From Chloroflexi bacterium UBA6622 (GTDB lineage Bacteria; Chloroflexota; UBA11872), in NCBI GenBank assembly GCA_002433065.1, contig DJHK01000041.1, forward strand, positions 109,922 to 173,921: a stretch of 64,000 nucleotides of DNA. Direction: 5' to 3'. The notes below the pieces were generated by a model. It worked only from the letters and a program-made list of their open reading frames with translations, did not search any database and was not told the DNA's origin. The stretch's first letter is position 1. Every line of letters starts with the position of its first letter. Below, in pieces: positions 10,840 to 21,359 of the stretch. A program made the translations under genes and the position numbers.

Positions 10840-12135
10840 TCAATCGGTTTCATTCTCGGTTCCCACGGCAGAAACGAGTTGTTGTGGTGGTATGAGGTGA
10901 ACCCACGTGCGGCCCGGGCGAAGTTTTAGAGGCGAACCGTCAGGGTTAAAGAATTCTGTTACTGCTGTGGCGGACGGACGCCGCCAGGTTCCGTCATAGC
11001 GGGTGCCATCTCGGAAAAGGCTTGCATCGCCCTCGCCAGTAGTTTCAATCCACAGTGATTTGTTGCCCAAAGAATCCTCTTCGAACTCAGTGGTTCTGCT
11101 TGATATTCGTTGGAGGACGACATTTTCTACGTTTATGGCGTTTCCGGTCGCAACATCTACATCGATCTCTCCACCAATGGAGCGTTGCCAGCGGCGGGTT
11201 GGGCGATCAAAGGTGTAAGTGGTTTGAAAGATGGTTTGTGATCCGGCAGGGATGCTGAGTTGTGATAAGGGTCCTAGAGCAGGTTGCTTGGTGTAAAACA
11301 ACAGCGACGGTGTTTTTCTCGTGTTTGGATGTCGGTCACGGCCGAATTCACGAAGCGCAGCAAGGTTCAGGTACATGTTGAATGGGGCCGGACGGCTGGG
11401 GATTCTGAAGTATGGCCGGGTTTCGTTATAAAAGAATTGATCCATATCGGCAACGTTGGAGGATCTAAGGTCATTCAAGACCGGCGGGCTTCCACCCACG
11501 TGAGCGAACAAGGCATTGAACTGTTGAACCAAGTCCCGATCGACAAAGCGTGAGCTTCGGATCGGACCGACCCGTTCTACGTCAGTACTGTGGAAAAAGG
11601 CTGTGTAACGTGTAACGGGACCCTCTGTAAGGTGTTCGTACACGATGTCTGCTGCACTTAAGCCGCTTTGGGGGCGGGCCTGAGGCGCGTTGTCTATTTT
11701 TACAGCGACCACTCTTAGAGCGGTTTGTTCGATCGACGTAGGCAGGCCGGTAAGAGGCGAAACGACTGGTTCAGGCGTAGGTTCTGGCCTGATTGTGGGC
11801 GTGGGTGACGGGCGAGGCGTCTGTGTAGGTCTAGCTGTCGATGTTGGTTGGACGGGGGCTTGAGTTTGTGATGGTGTTAGCGAAGCTTTAGCGGGTGGGC
11901 GAGGCACGACTGCTGGTGTGGGCGATGGTGTGATCGCGATAGGCTCGGTGGCAGTGGTGCGTGGCTTAGTTGATCGGGTTGGACGGGTTGAAGTCGGATT
12001 GCGGTTCACTGGCTTGGTTACAGGCGTTGCAATCGACGGGGAATTTTCAGAGCAATTCGTTACGAAGGTGGTTAGCCCGGCCAGGGACAATAAGCCCGCT
12101 AGCCGACGTCTGCTGAAGTTTTGAGGTCTTTTCAT
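10840..12135 (-). CDS. DUF3048 (YerB-like) secreted/lipoprotein with Pro/Thr-rich linker
   Basis: The ORF track extends to 12216. An internal ATG at 12135 gives the signal-like N-terminus MKRPQNFSRRRLAGLLSLAGLTTFVTNC. A P/T-rich linker follows, then the DUF3048 core VVAVKIDNAPQARPQSGLSAADIVYEHLTEG. Confidence 0.7.
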   Translation of the reverse strand: MKRPQNFSRRRLAGLLSLAGLTTFVTNCSENSPSIATPVTKPVNRNPTSTRPTRSTKPRTTATEPIAITPSPTPAVVPRPPAKASLTPSQTQAPVQPTSTARPTQTPRPSPTPTIRPEPTPEPVVSPLTGLPTSIEQTALRVVAVKIDNAPQARPQSGLSAADIVYEHLTEGPVTRYTAFFHSTDVERVGPIRSSRFVDRDLVQQFNALFAHVGGSPPVLNDLRSSNVADMDQFFYNETRPYFRIPSRPAPFNMYLNLAALREFGRDRHPNTRKTPSLLFYTKQPALGPLSQLSIPAGSQTIFQTTYTFDRPTRRWQRSIGGEIDVDVATGNAINVENVVLQRISSRTTEFEEDSLGNKSLWIETTGEGDASLFRDGTRYDGTWRRPSATAVTEFFNPDGSPLKLRPGRTWVHLIPPQQLVSAVGTENETD

Positions 12136-12257
12136 GCGGAACGGCTGCTCCGGATTACTAGACGGGGGTGACACTGGTACTAGGATGCGTCGGGCCCAAT
12201 CCTTCGTCCAATCCAAAGGCTTTTTGCGGCTGGCTTAGCCGATGCAAGAGTTGGGTT

Positions 12258-13100
12258 TTACGGTGACCCGAATACACGACGACAGGCCGCAGCTACTTGG
12301 GCTGCGCCATCATTGGCGGGGAGACTCCGTAAGTCGTCGTTAAATATTTCCACACCACCGGGGCCCTCGTATCCTGCGGCTTTCAAGGCTGCTGCAATCT
12401 CCGATAGATCAAGGATGCCTTCGCCAGGCAGGAGGCGCATTGAATCGTCAAGATGGTCAACATCGCCTGACGGTGCGTCGTTTAAATGCACATGATTGAT
12501 GGCACTGCCTGCCTTGACGATATCTTCTAGGCGGCTGTCACCACAGTAATAGTGATAGGTGTCAAAGAGGATGCCAACGTTCACGCGCCCTACCCGATCG
12601 ATGAGATCAAGGGTTCCGTTAATACCCGAGATGAATTCATGTGGGCGTTCAGGCCAGAGATTCGGGCCAATAAATTCGAGTGAAACTGACACGCCGTATC
12701 CGGCCAAAGTATCAGCAATGTCTCCCAGGCGTACCGAAAACAGGTCCAGAGCTTCTGCCCGAGGAAGATCTGTTCGATTTGGAACAAGGACTGAGCTTGC
12801 TCTTGCGTTCAGGGCGGCACCGAGCTCGGCTGCTTGTTCAGCGTCTAACAAGGCGGCGTCAAAATCAGATTGAGACGTAAGGACCTGCACGCCAGCTCCC
12901 CAGCCCCCAGCTTGAATCCCTCGGGACACAAACGCATTTTTTACGGCGTCCACACCGTGAGCTGATAAGAGGTCGAGCGCCTGGCCCATATTGAAGTCGG
13001 CGGCTTTGAAACCGGCAGATGCCGTGGCGTCTAGATAACTCTCCAAGTCGTTTAGTTGGGCGATTGAGGCTGGATGCAACGCAGGGACAAGGGAAGACAT
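12258..13100 (-). CDS. sugar phosphate isomerase/epimerase (xylose isomerase-like TIM barrel)
   Basis: The 331-aa track ORF overlaps the upstream gene. ATG 13100 (MSSLVPALHP...) removes the overlap and gives 280 aa. Motifs: VSLEFIGP, FDTYHYY, HVHLND and GGVEIFN. Confidence 0.75.
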   Translation of the reverse strand: MSSLVPALHPASIAQLNDLESYLDATASAGFKAADFNMGQALDLLSAHGVDAVKNAFVSRGIQAGGWGAGVQVLTSQSDFDAALLDAEQAAELGAALNARASSVLVPNRTDLPRAEALDLFSVRLGDIADTLAGYGVSVSLEFIGPNLWPERPHEFISGINGTLDLIDRVGRVNVGILFDTYHYYCGDSRLEDIVKAGSAINHVHLNDAPSGDVDHLDDSMRLLPGEGILDLSEIAAALKAAGYEGPGGVEIFNDDLRSLPANDGAAQVAAACRRVFGSP

Positions 13101-13170
13101 ACAGCAGGCTCTTCGATGGATATAGACCCCTGAGTATCCGTTGTGGCGGGTGATCCTGCGAAGATATTTA

Positions 13171-14718
13171 TTAGCGTTGCCGTCCAGACCTTCCGCCAAG
13201 AGCCTCGCGAACAATGATGTCATCGATGAGCCGTTCGACCGGTGCCAGATCATCGGTGTAGACGGTGTTAGCGTGTGAAACTTCCCGTAGCTTCCATGCT
13301 CTGTTTGAAATCTCTGCTAAAGCTGATTGATTCGTGGCTAGGGCTTGGGATCGGAGGTCGGTGTCGGCTATGGGCTTAAACGTTCCGTAAATGAGGCTGT
13401 TGGAGAAGCCGCTAGGAAGATCGATCACGTATACGTAGGGGAATACGGACCGCATCGTCTCAGAAAGAACGTCAACCAATCTGAAATCGGTCAGGGTTCG
13501 CCCGGCATTGAGAGCCAGAACCCCGTTGTTGTTTAAACGGTCTCTGGCAGCAAGAAAGAATTCCTGTGTAACCAAGTGAAAAGGGATGTACGGCTGCCGG
13601 TATGCGTCCACCGCAATGACATCATAGTTTTGGGCTGTGCGTTGTAAAAAGGTACGACCGTCTTCTGCATGTGTCGTCAGGTTCGGCTCGTTCATTTCGA
13701 AGTATTCTTGCCCGATTTCAATGACACGGCTGTCGATCTCGACGCCGTCGATTGCCACATCACTTCCGTATACGGACGTGAACTGCTTGGGGACTGTTCC
13801 CGCACCCAACCCAATTACAAGTAGTGACGAAACGTCGTCAGGTTGTTGGTTGGCCATCAAAGGAGCTAGCAGGAAATAGTCCCATGGTCCGTCTGTTAAC
13901 AGTCGGTTTGGGTTGAATATTGAGTGCGTGCCAATCCCTTCATTCAATACAAGTCTTCTGCCAACGTTTGGTTCGTCGATGACCTGAAAGAATTGGAGCG
14001 CAGACTCGCCTTCAAGCACGAGCCCATCTGCCGGGCGAACCGCGCCCGGATCGACAGCAATCCAAAGCACGATAAGGATGGCCAAGAATACTGAGTAGAG
14101 AGAACGCCGTAGGGGTGTAGAGGCAGCAATTAGAGTTAATGAGAGAAGTCCTACCGAAAATATCAAGAAAGTTGATCGTGTCCCAACCGATGGGATGAGA
14201 ACAAGCACCGGAATAAAGGCACCGACGATACTTCCCACTGTGCTGAGGGCGAAAATCTGTCCTGCTCGGTGGCCAGCGTGTCTTACATCGTGCGTGACAA
14301 GGCGAATGGCAAATGGAGAAACCATGCCAAGCATCGTCAGCGGAACGGCGAGCAACAGCAGTACGCCGACAAGCGAACCGAAGAAAAGGCCACCGCTGAG
14401 CGAAGCAATTGCCTGCGAGGAGATGCTAAGTACTGGTTTGGCTAGAAACGGTATAAGTCCGACCAGAAACGCTGCGATTGCGACGATATGAAAGAGTCGA
14501 CTTTCCTGTGGGCTTGCATCGGCCAGTCGGCCTCCGAACCAATAACCCACTGATAGGTATAAAAGCGTTAGGCCGATTACAACCGCCCAAATGATGATGC
14601 TTGTTCCGAAGAAAGGGGCCAACAGTCGAGAGGTGCTGATTTCTACAGCTAACACTGTCATACCAGAGAAAAATGCGAGCAGCAGGACTAGCCACACCCG
14701 TACTTTGGGTGGGGACAT
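13171..14718 (-). CDS. fused polytopic membrane domain / spermidine synthase-like aminopropyltransferase
   Basis: The N-terminal ~220 aa carry about 7 hydrophobic helices. The C-terminal part is a class I SAM-type fold (LLVIGLGAGTVP, VDGVEIDSRVIEIG, YDVIAVDAY). Start placed at ATG 14718 (MSPPKVRVW) to avoid overlapping ggt; the track start is 14793. Confidence 0.75.
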   Translation of the reverse strand: MSPPKVRVWLVLLLAFFSGMTVLAVEISTSRLLAPFFGTSIIIWAVVIGLTLLYLSVGYWFGGRLADASPQESRLFHIVAIAAFLVGLIPFLAKPVLSISSQAIASLSGGLFFGSLVGVLLLLAVPLTMLGMVSPFAIRLVTHDVRHAGHRAGQIFALSTVGSIVGAFIPVLVLIPSVGTRSTFLIFSVGLLSLTLIAASTPLRRSLYSVFLAILIVLWIAVDPGAVRPADGLVLEGESALQFFQVIDEPNVGRRLVLNEGIGTHSIFNPNRLLTDGPWDYFLLAPLMANQQPDDVSSLLVIGLGAGTVPKQFTSVYGSDVAIDGVEIDSRVIEIGQEYFEMNEPNLTTHAEDGRTFLQRTAQNYDVIAVDAYRQPYIPFHLVTQEFFLAARDRLNNNGVLALNAGRTLTDFRLVDVLSETMRSVFPYVYVIDLPSGFSNSLIYGTFKPIADTDLRSQALATNQSALAEISNRAWKLREVSHANTVYTDDLAPVERLIDDIIVREALGGRSGRQR

Positions 14719-14765
14719 CGGTTGCGGTGAAGATTGAATTTCTGTGTGCAAAAAAAACCCTTTTA

Positions 14766-16370
14766 CTAGAAGCCTAATACCTGACCATGCCATCGGGGGT
14801 CCGTCGCGCCAAACCGGGCACCTGTGTCCGGGTCGATCATGATGCCCTGAGATCGAGAGTGACCACTAAAAGCCGGATCGCGAACAATCAGATGTCCTCG
14901 TCGTTCAAGTTCAGTCGCGACAGACGATTCAAATCTGCCCTCAAGCATAAGGTTCCCAGAATCTTCGTCATGGTGCCAGCGGGGCGCATCCATCGCGGCC
15001 TGGAAGTGCATCTTGTGGTCAATGACATTTGTGATGAGTTGGAAGTTGGTTTGAACTTGATATTGGGCACCAGCGGTTCCCCCAAGCATAAACAGGTCAT
15101 TCTCTCGCCGAACCATATAGGTGTTCAGCGTATGAATCGGTCGTTTTCCACCCTCAAAAACATTTGGGCTATTGGGGTCCAGGGAAAATCCTCTCATGCG
15201 GTTGTTTAACAGCACGCCAGTTCCCGGAACCACATAGGCGGATCCGAAGGACGCAAAGATGCTTTGAATGAAAGCTACGGCGTTCCCGTCTTTGTCGACT
15301 GCTGAAAGGGTTGTGGTGTCGCCGCCTAACGTGCTTGGGTCTCCAGCTGCGACAGGTGTCGCAGCTCGAACTGGGTCGATCGTCATTCGTCTTTGTGCGG
15401 CAAATTCTTTGCTGATCATCCTGTCGATGGGTATAGACGATGATCGTGGATCTCCGATGTAGGCCATCCGATCTGCAAAGGCCGCCTTTTTGGCTTCTAC
15501 CATGATGTGTATAGCTTCCGGGCTGCCAAATTCAAGGTCTGCTAACTCAAATCCTTCAGCGATATTTAGTTGTTCCAGAACGAGAAATCCTTGAGAGGGG
15601 AGCGGCTGTTCCAAGATTTCGTATCCGCGGTAATAACTTCGTAGGGGCTGTCCAACCTCGCAGGTATAGGATGCTAGATCGTTACTGGTAAACGAGCCAT
15701 GGTCTCTGGTTGAAGCAGCGACGAGTGCCTTTGCGAACGGTCCTTGGTAGAAGGCCTCAGCGCCTCCTTGTGCAATTTCACCGAGGGTTTTTGCGAGATC
15801 GGATTGGACAAGTGTTTCGCCTGGCTTTGGAGGGGATCCGGTAGGGAGAAAGCTGCGAGCACTTTCTCCGTGCTCCATGAGTGCTTCCGAAGCGTCAGCG
15901 ATATGCTGAGAGGTTCTATAAGCGACAGGGAATCCGTGGGAGGCATATTCGATTGCCGGTTCTAAGACTTCGGAAAGTGCTCGGGTGCCGTAGCGGTTTA
16001 AGATTGTTTCCCATGCACTAACTGCGCCAGGTACGGTCGAGGAGTTCAGACCGTGGGCGGGTATTTCGCCGCCGAATTTATCGATGGAAAGTTGAAGAGG
16101 CGATGGCCCGCTAGCATTGATGGATACAGGGTCGGCATGGCCGACAGGCAGGCAAAGCGCAAAAACATCACCACCGACGTGGTTCATGCTAGGTTCTACG
16201 ACGGCAATTACGGCAGCGGCGCAGATGATTGCGTCAAACGCATTTCCTCCAGATCGGAGCATGCGCAGCCCTGCTTCAGTTGCTAGGGGATGTCCCGTAG
16301 AGATCAGTGCATGAGGCGCGACCACTGGATCTCGTCCCGTTGTCCAGGGCGTGACTCCTTCAGTGATCAA
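14766..16370 (-). CDS. ggt: gamma-glutamyltransferase family protein
   Basis: 534 aa, TTG start. Motifs: HPLATEAGLRMLRSGGNAFDA, autoprocessing/nucleophile region GGDTTTLSAVD, and GGTAGAQYQVQ. No signal peptide seen. Confidence 0.85.
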   Translation of the reverse strand: MITEGVTPWTTGRDPVVAPHALISTGHPLATEAGLRMLRSGGNAFDAIICAAAVIAVVEPSMNHVGGDVFALCLPVGHADPVSINASGPSPLQLSIDKFGGEIPAHGLNSSTVPGAVSAWETILNRYGTRALSEVLEPAIEYASHGFPVAYRTSQHIADASEALMEHGESARSFLPTGSPPKPGETLVQSDLAKTLGEIAQGGAEAFYQGPFAKALVAASTRDHGSFTSNDLASYTCEVGQPLRSYYRGYEILEQPLPSQGFLVLEQLNIAEGFELADLEFGSPEAIHIMVEAKKAAFADRMAYIGDPRSSSIPIDRMISKEFAAQRRMTIDPVRAATPVAAGDPSTLGGDTTTLSAVDKDGNAVAFIQSIFASFGSAYVVPGTGVLLNNRMRGFSLDPNSPNVFEGGKRPIHTLNTYMVRRENDLFMLGGTAGAQYQVQTNFQLITNVIDHKMHFQAAMDAPRWHHDEDSGNLMLEGRFESSVATELERRGHLIVRDPAFSGHSRSQGIMIDPDTGARFGATDPRWHGQVLGF

Positions 16371-16426
16371 ATCGACCTTCAGGTAGTGGTACTAGCATTG
16401 TGAACACAGAGCTTCTTGCGGCGGGC

Positions 16427-17578
16427 CTAAGTCACTGTGTGCATGGGCATGATCACGTGATCAAAGAACGGGATGTCCTCACCATCTTTGTCAACTAGTC
16501 GAATCAGGCCGGGGCTGGTGTTTCCCGAGAGCGCAAGGGACACCCGGTCGGACTGCACTGTGGCTAGGCATTCCGTCAAAAAACGGTAGTTAAAGGCTAT
16601 TTGGGCATCTGTTCCGACCACTGTTCCTTCAATTTCACCTTTGTTTTCACCTAGGTCTAAGGAGTTGGCTGAAAGTGTTATACGGCCATTACCGTCGTCT
16701 CCTGCCTCAATTGTTGCCTTAATTACGTTCTGTCCGGAGCGAGCGAAAAGTGCGGCAATACGGGTTGCCTGAACGAATTCACCCGTGTCCACAACGATTC
16801 GAGTTTCAATGTTTTCTGTTGCTGGAATTAGCTGTGTGTAGTTTGGGAATTGCCCGTCAATAAGCTGAGAGACTAAGGAAACGGACTTAGTGCTAAACAG
16901 CACAGATGAAGCGTTTGGTGATAGCCCGAGCGTAACGGTGCCGGGATCATCTGAAAGGATGCGTCCAAGCTCGACCATGGCTGATCGCGGGACGATGATT
17001 TGTGTCGATTCGCTGAGTCCCGTGTTCACCTCGACACGCCTTGCGGCTAGACGGTATCCGTCAGCAGCGGCTAGCTCGATGAATTGGGGGTCGAGTGTAA
17101 GGCAAATGCCGGCCAGTACAGGGCGACTGTCATCCGTTGCAGCAGCGACTACGACTTGATCGATGATTTCAGTCCATAGCTCAGTGGGCATTTCAACTTC
17201 TCGTTCGGCGCTATCTTCAGGAATAGGGGGGAATTCGTCCGCGTCGATGCCTTTCATCTTCGCTCTGTAGCGCCCAGACGACACGGAGAGTTCGTCTGTA
17301 TCGGCATCAAGTGCCATGTTTACTGTGCCCTCTGGGAGTTGTCCTACAAAGTCAGTGAGCAGCCTGGCTTGAACCGTAGTTGCTCCTTGGGTTTCGATAC
17401 TTGCACCAATCCAAACGGATATTGCGAGTTGCTGATTCATCGCCGAAAGTTTTAGGCCGCCTTCTTCCGTAGAAACAAGAACGTTGCTGAGTACAGGAAG
17501 AGGGCTTCTGGTGTTTACGGCGTTGCTTACGAGGTGCATCGCTCGGGTTAGATTTTCTTGGAGGCACGTGACCTTCAC
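16427..17578 (-). CDS. dnaN: DNA polymerase III subunit beta (sliding clamp)
   Basis: GTG 17578 (VKVTCLQENLTRAMHLVSNAV...) with GGAGAA 7 nt upstream gives 383 aa. The track ORF extends to 17659. The sequence shows a three-domain clamp pattern, PVLSNVLV and IDGQFPNY. Confidence 0.9.
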   Translation of the reverse strand: MKVTCLQENLTRAMHLVSNAVNTRSPLPVLSNVLVSTEEGGLKLSAMNQQLAISVWIGASIETQGATTVQARLLTDFVGQLPEGTVNMALDADTDELSVSSGRYRAKMKGIDADEFPPIPEDSAEREVEMPTELWTEIIDQVVVAAATDDSRPVLAGICLTLDPQFIELAAADGYRLAARRVEVNTGLSESTQIIVPRSAMVELGRILSDDPGTVTLGLSPNASSVLFSTKSVSLVSQLIDGQFPNYTQLIPATENIETRIVVDTGEFVQATRIAALFARSGQNVIKATIEAGDDGNGRITLSANSLDLGENKGEIEGTVVGTDAQIAFNYRFLTECLATVQSDRVSLALSGNTSPGLIRLVDKDGEDIPFFDHVIMPMHTVT

Positions 17579-17797
17579 GGCAAACTTCTCCAGTCGCTTA
17601 GTGAACAACTTGTTAGTGGAGGCACTGTTTGGTGCACTCAACCGCATATGTCGTGTCAAGGGATGTCATGGATACTAGATGTGGTGGGATTTGCTGGTCA
17701 ATTCCTGTGTGAGTGCTGACTTGCCCGTTTTGTAGGCCTATTGATTGGTACGCTTGCACATCGCGACCAATTCTTCTGTCTCTGAGCGTTTCTGCTG

Positions 17798-18385
17798 TTG
17801 AAAGGTTTTCATGTGAGCTTGCGGGTTATTGTTGCTGAGGACGAGACCATTATCCGTCTCGATTTGAAAGAGCGTTTGGAGGGAGCTTCCCATCAGGTCA
17901 TTGGGGAGGCTGGCGATGGTGAAACTGCAGTTCATATGGCTCGTGAGCTGCGTCCTGATCTGGTCGTTATGGACATTAAGATGCCTGCGATGGATGGTAT
18001 TGAAGCGGCAAGACGTTTAACCGAGGAACGAATTGCTCCTGTTGTTTTGGTGACTGCTCATGGTGAGCAGGGTCTTATAGAAAGGGCAAGCGAGGCTGGT
18101 GTGATCGGATATTGTTTGAAGCCGCTGCGTGACAAGGATCTTGAATCTGCTATTTCTGTTGCGCTTTCCAGATACAGTGAGTTTCAAGAGATGAGTCAAA
18201 CTGCAGTTGACCTCTCGGAACAATTGGAGACAAGAAAATCAGTGGAACGGGCTAAGGGAATCCTGATGACCAAGCATGACCTTCCCGAGCCTGAGGCTTT
18301 CAAACGTATTCAAAAAATGAGTATGGATCGCAGGCGGTCGATGCGCGAAATAGCTGAGGCAATTATTTTGGCTGAGGATATCTAG
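17798..18385 (+). CDS. ANTAR-domain response regulator (REC + ANTAR, PdtaR/AmiR-like)
   Basis: 195 aa. REC domain with AEDE and phospho-acceptor context DLVVMDIKMPAMDG. ANTAR helix region LETRKSVERAKGILMTKHDL...AFKRIQKMSMDRRRSMREIAEAI. An alternative GTG start lies at 17813. No histidine kinase in the window. Confidence 0.9.
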   Translation: MKGFHVSLRVIVAEDETIIRLDLKERLEGASHQVIGEAGDGETAVHMARELRPDLVVMDIKMPAMDGIEAARRLTEERIAPVVLVTAHGEQGLIERASEAGVIGYCLKPLRDKDLESAISVALSRYSEFQEMSQTAVDLSEQLETRKSVERAKGILMTKHDLPEPEAFKRIQKMSMDRRRSMREIAEAIILAEDI

Positions 18386-18410
18386 GGAGAAATTTGCTTC
18401 GGAAGGCCAA

Positions 18411-21356
18411 ATGATGAGTGCTCCACGAGGCCTCATTACGTTCGGATCTCCACGGGTCAGTTGGGCATCGGCCGTCTCGATCTTATTACTAGTCCTTGGC
18501 GTTTTTCTTATTTATAGACGTCTTCTATTTGAGGGTCTGGTTCTAGCGGGTTTTGACACACAGACTTATTTCTATCCGTATTGGACCTACACCTTTGATT
18601 ATTTGCAGCAAGGACGAGTGCCCCTGTGGAATCCCAACTTGTTCACTGGGACCCCTTTTCTGGCGAATCCCCAGGCTGCTGTTTTCTACTTGCCTAACTG
18701 GTTGCTTTTGCCGGTTAGTGCTGAGCGTGCTATTGGCTTTGCATTGGTGTTGCACGTGTTCCTTGCTGCTATCGGGACGCTTGTTCTTTCCAGAGTCTCG
18801 TTCAAGATTGGTTGGCCTGGTGCAACGACTGCAGGGGCAGCATTTGCATTCGGTGGATACTTTTCGGCTCAGGCCGGCCATATAAACCAAGTCTCTACAG
18901 TTGCATGGCTACCTTGGCTTTTGTTGGGTATTGATCGAGCTATTAGCGGTGATCGGCGTGGGCTTTTGGCTATTCCGATCCTCACAGCGCTCATGGTTTT
19001 GGCCGGTCATCCTCAAGCGCTGTATATGTCCCTTGTGTTTTCGTTAGCTTTTGCCGCCTTATTAGGAACGTCTTCGTTGAGGGTTCCGAATGGACGGGGA
19101 AGAGCTCTTAATCTTGGCCGTGCTCTGGGCATATGGCTTATCGGTTTGTGTGGTGGCGCTATGTTGGCCGCGGTGCAAGTACTGCCAACGCTCGAACTTG
19201 CTAGGCATGGCATTAGGTCCGGTGGGTTATCGATCGATGAGGCCGCTTCGTTTTCCTTGCCGACCGCAGAATTTCTTAGTGCAGTATTGCCAACATTCGT
19301 TTCGCTGCCGTCCAGTACTGAGTTTATTGCACACATAGGTGTTTCTGGTCTGGTGCTCGCTCTGTTAGGTGTGTCCTCCCAGAGGCCAAGTGCGAAAACT
19401 TTGTTTCTGTTGATGACGGTTGGTGTGACCGTGGCTCTTTCTCTGGGACCAGTGACCCCAATGTTTTCTTTGGTCCACAAGGTGGTTCCCGGATTTGACT
19501 TGTTTCGCGTGCCTCCACGATGGCTTGTTTTAGGCGCGCTTTCTGCGTCGATCTTGGCGGGACAGGGGGTGGACTCCCTCGGATCGAATCTTCCTCAATC
19601 GGTTAAGCGCCGCCACCTTGTGGTAACTGCGATGGTACTTGGCATTTTCATGTGCATCATGACTTGGCTGGCCCTGCTCAATCCAGTTCCGTATGACACG
19701 GCGAGAGCATGGGTGGTTGCGGGAGTTGTAACGATCGTGGCCCTTACGCTGGCATACATGCGTGGCGACGTTAGGGTGCAGTGGGTCGGGCCAGTCTTGC
19801 TGGTTGTCGAGTTGGTTGTTGCGTCAGGCCCGAGCCTGGTTGGGGAGCCGATCCCTGATCGGGTTTATCGTGGTGAATCGGAGGTGCATGAGTTTCTTGC
19901 ATCTGATTCGTGGCAGGGCAGGGTTTTGAGTATTGCGAAGCCAGACTTTGAGGTGTCACAGGCAAGACGAGCCGAGCTTGCTGAGCGATGGCGTGAACGA
20001 TTGGGTGAGCGGTCGTGGCGTGAATTCCTTGTTGCCACAAAAAACGAAGAGATCATGCATCCAAATATTTCAATGGTTAGGGATGTGGTTTCGGTTGACG
20101 GCTATGACGGAGGAGTTTTGCCGTTACGTTCCTACGTTATGTTTCGTGATGTGCTGTTCCCGGGTACCGCTGATTCGCCAGACCGCTTGCTACAGCATCA
20201 AATAGAAACTATTCCATCCGACCGAGTTTTAGAAGCTTTGGTCGTGCAGCATGTTGTCCGGAACCGAAAGGCTGTTCTCGTTTCTGACAGTGGGTTCATC
20301 GACATAAGTTTTCCCCGATGGGTTGAGGGGACACACACGTGGGATGATCTACAGATAGAAGATGTTAATGGGCTGACAGTGGTAATTGATGCTCTGGCCA
20401 AGCAAGCAGTAGGACAAGTGGGTCGTATTGAGATCCAGACTCGTGACGGCGAGCTCAAGACGTTTCCAGTCAGTCGGCTGCCTAAGCGGCCCGAGCGTAT
20501 TGTTATAGGTCCCGGGCACTTGGCTTCCGCGCGTGTTGGTCTTAGTAGGCCGTCTTACGTTAGTAGCGTTTCGTTTGGCATGACTCATGACGTAGAAATG
20601 GTTCGTGTTGTGGCTGAAACCGAAGCCTTGGACCTCAGGGGCCTTGCACTCCGACACGCGGATGGAACGGCTACCTCGCTTTTGCTACGTTCTGGTGAGC
20701 CATCGGTCTCCAGGTCAATAGGTGATGTTTCGGTGGTTACTCGGGCAGCGACGCAACCTCGTGCTCGACTTGTGAGTTCTGTTCAGGTAGTTAGTACTTT
20801 GGACGAAGCCAGTGAAATTGTCCGTGCCAGTCAATTTGATCTGACAAGAGCTGCTGTTCTAGTGGAGGGAGTTGGCAGACCGCCTCCCCTCGGTGCATTG
20901 GGCCAGTTTTTGCAGGATGTTGGAGTCTTGCCAGCGGATGAACGTGGTGGTTTCGTTGATTCGAATGAGCTCAAGAGGCTAGCACCGCTCATCGGTGGTG
21001 AAGTCTCGAGGGTGACTCAAAGCGAAAGTCGTGACCAGCTAGATTATGTTGTATCAGTTATTGAAGAGCCTGAACGCATCCAGATGGAGGTGTATTCGAG
21101 TGGTGCCCGTTTGCTTGTTCTGCCCGACGCTCCGTATCCGGGATGGGAGGCCTATGTGAACGGGGTGCAACGGGCAGTCTGGCGTGCGAACTTAGGAAAC
21201 CGTGCAGTGTTTATACCTGAGGCTGGGAAGTACAGTGTGGAGTTTAAGTACAGGTCGTTCCCATTTGAAGTCGGTGCCGTTCTGTCAATCTTTGGGTTGC
21301 TGACGTTTTTCATGACGCTGATTTCGACGCGGCTATTCCGGCAACCACAGTTGTAG
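18411..21356 (+). CDS. YfhO-family GT-C membrane glycosyltransferase-like protein
   Basis: 981 aa. More than 10 TM helices in the first ~480 aa. Contains the YfhO-type motif YFYPYWTYTFDYLQQGRVPLWNPNLFTGTPFLANPQAAVFY, a large extracytoplasmic C-terminal part and a final TM. Confidence 0.7.
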   Translation: MMSAPRGLITFGSPRVSWASAVSILLLVLGVFLIYRRLLFEGLVLAGFDTQTYFYPYWTYTFDYLQQGRVPLWNPNLFTGTPFLANPQAAVFYLPNWLLLPVSAERAIGFALVLHVFLAAIGTLVLSRVSFKIGWPGATTAGAAFAFGGYFSAQAGHINQVSTVAWLPWLLLGIDRAISGDRRGLLAIPILTALMVLAGHPQALYMSLVFSLAFAALLGTSSLRVPNGRGRALNLGRALGIWLIGLCGGAMLAAVQVLPTLELARHGIRSGGLSIDEAASFSLPTAEFLSAVLPTFVSLPSSTEFIAHIGVSGLVLALLGVSSQRPSAKTLFLLMTVGVTVALSLGPVTPMFSLVHKVVPGFDLFRVPPRWLVLGALSASILAGQGVDSLGSNLPQSVKRRHLVVTAMVLGIFMCIMTWLALLNPVPYDTARAWVVAGVVTIVALTLAYMRGDVRVQWVGPVLLVVELVVASGPSLVGEPIPDRVYRGESEVHEFLASDSWQGRVLSIAKPDFEVSQARRAELAERWRERLGERSWREFLVATKNEEIMHPNISMVRDVVSVDGYDGGVLPLRSYVMFRDVLFPGTADSPDRLLQHQIETIPSDRVLEALVVQHVVRNRKAVLVSDSGFIDISFPRWVEGTHTWDDLQIEDVNGLTVVIDALAKQAVGQVGRIEIQTRDGELKTFPVSRLPKRPERIVIGPGHLASARVGLSRPSYVSSVSFGMTHDVEMVRVVAETEALDLRGLALRHADGTATSLLLRSGEPSVSRSIGDVSVVTRAATQPRARLVSSVQVVSTLDEASEIVRASQFDLTRAAVLVEGVGRPPPLGALGQFLQDVGVLPADERGGFVDSNELKRLAPLIGGEVSRVTQSESRDQLDYVVSVIEEPERIQMEVYSSGARLLVLPDAPYPGWEAYVNGVQRAVWRANLGNRAVFIPEAGKYSVEFKYRSFPFEVGAVLSIFGLLTFFMTLISTRLFRQPQL

Positions 21357-21359
21357 CCC

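Noticed and set aside
17579-17797. oriC next to dnaN
   Set aside because: No repeated DnaA-box-like 9-mers, no AT-rich DUE and no dnaA gene in the window.
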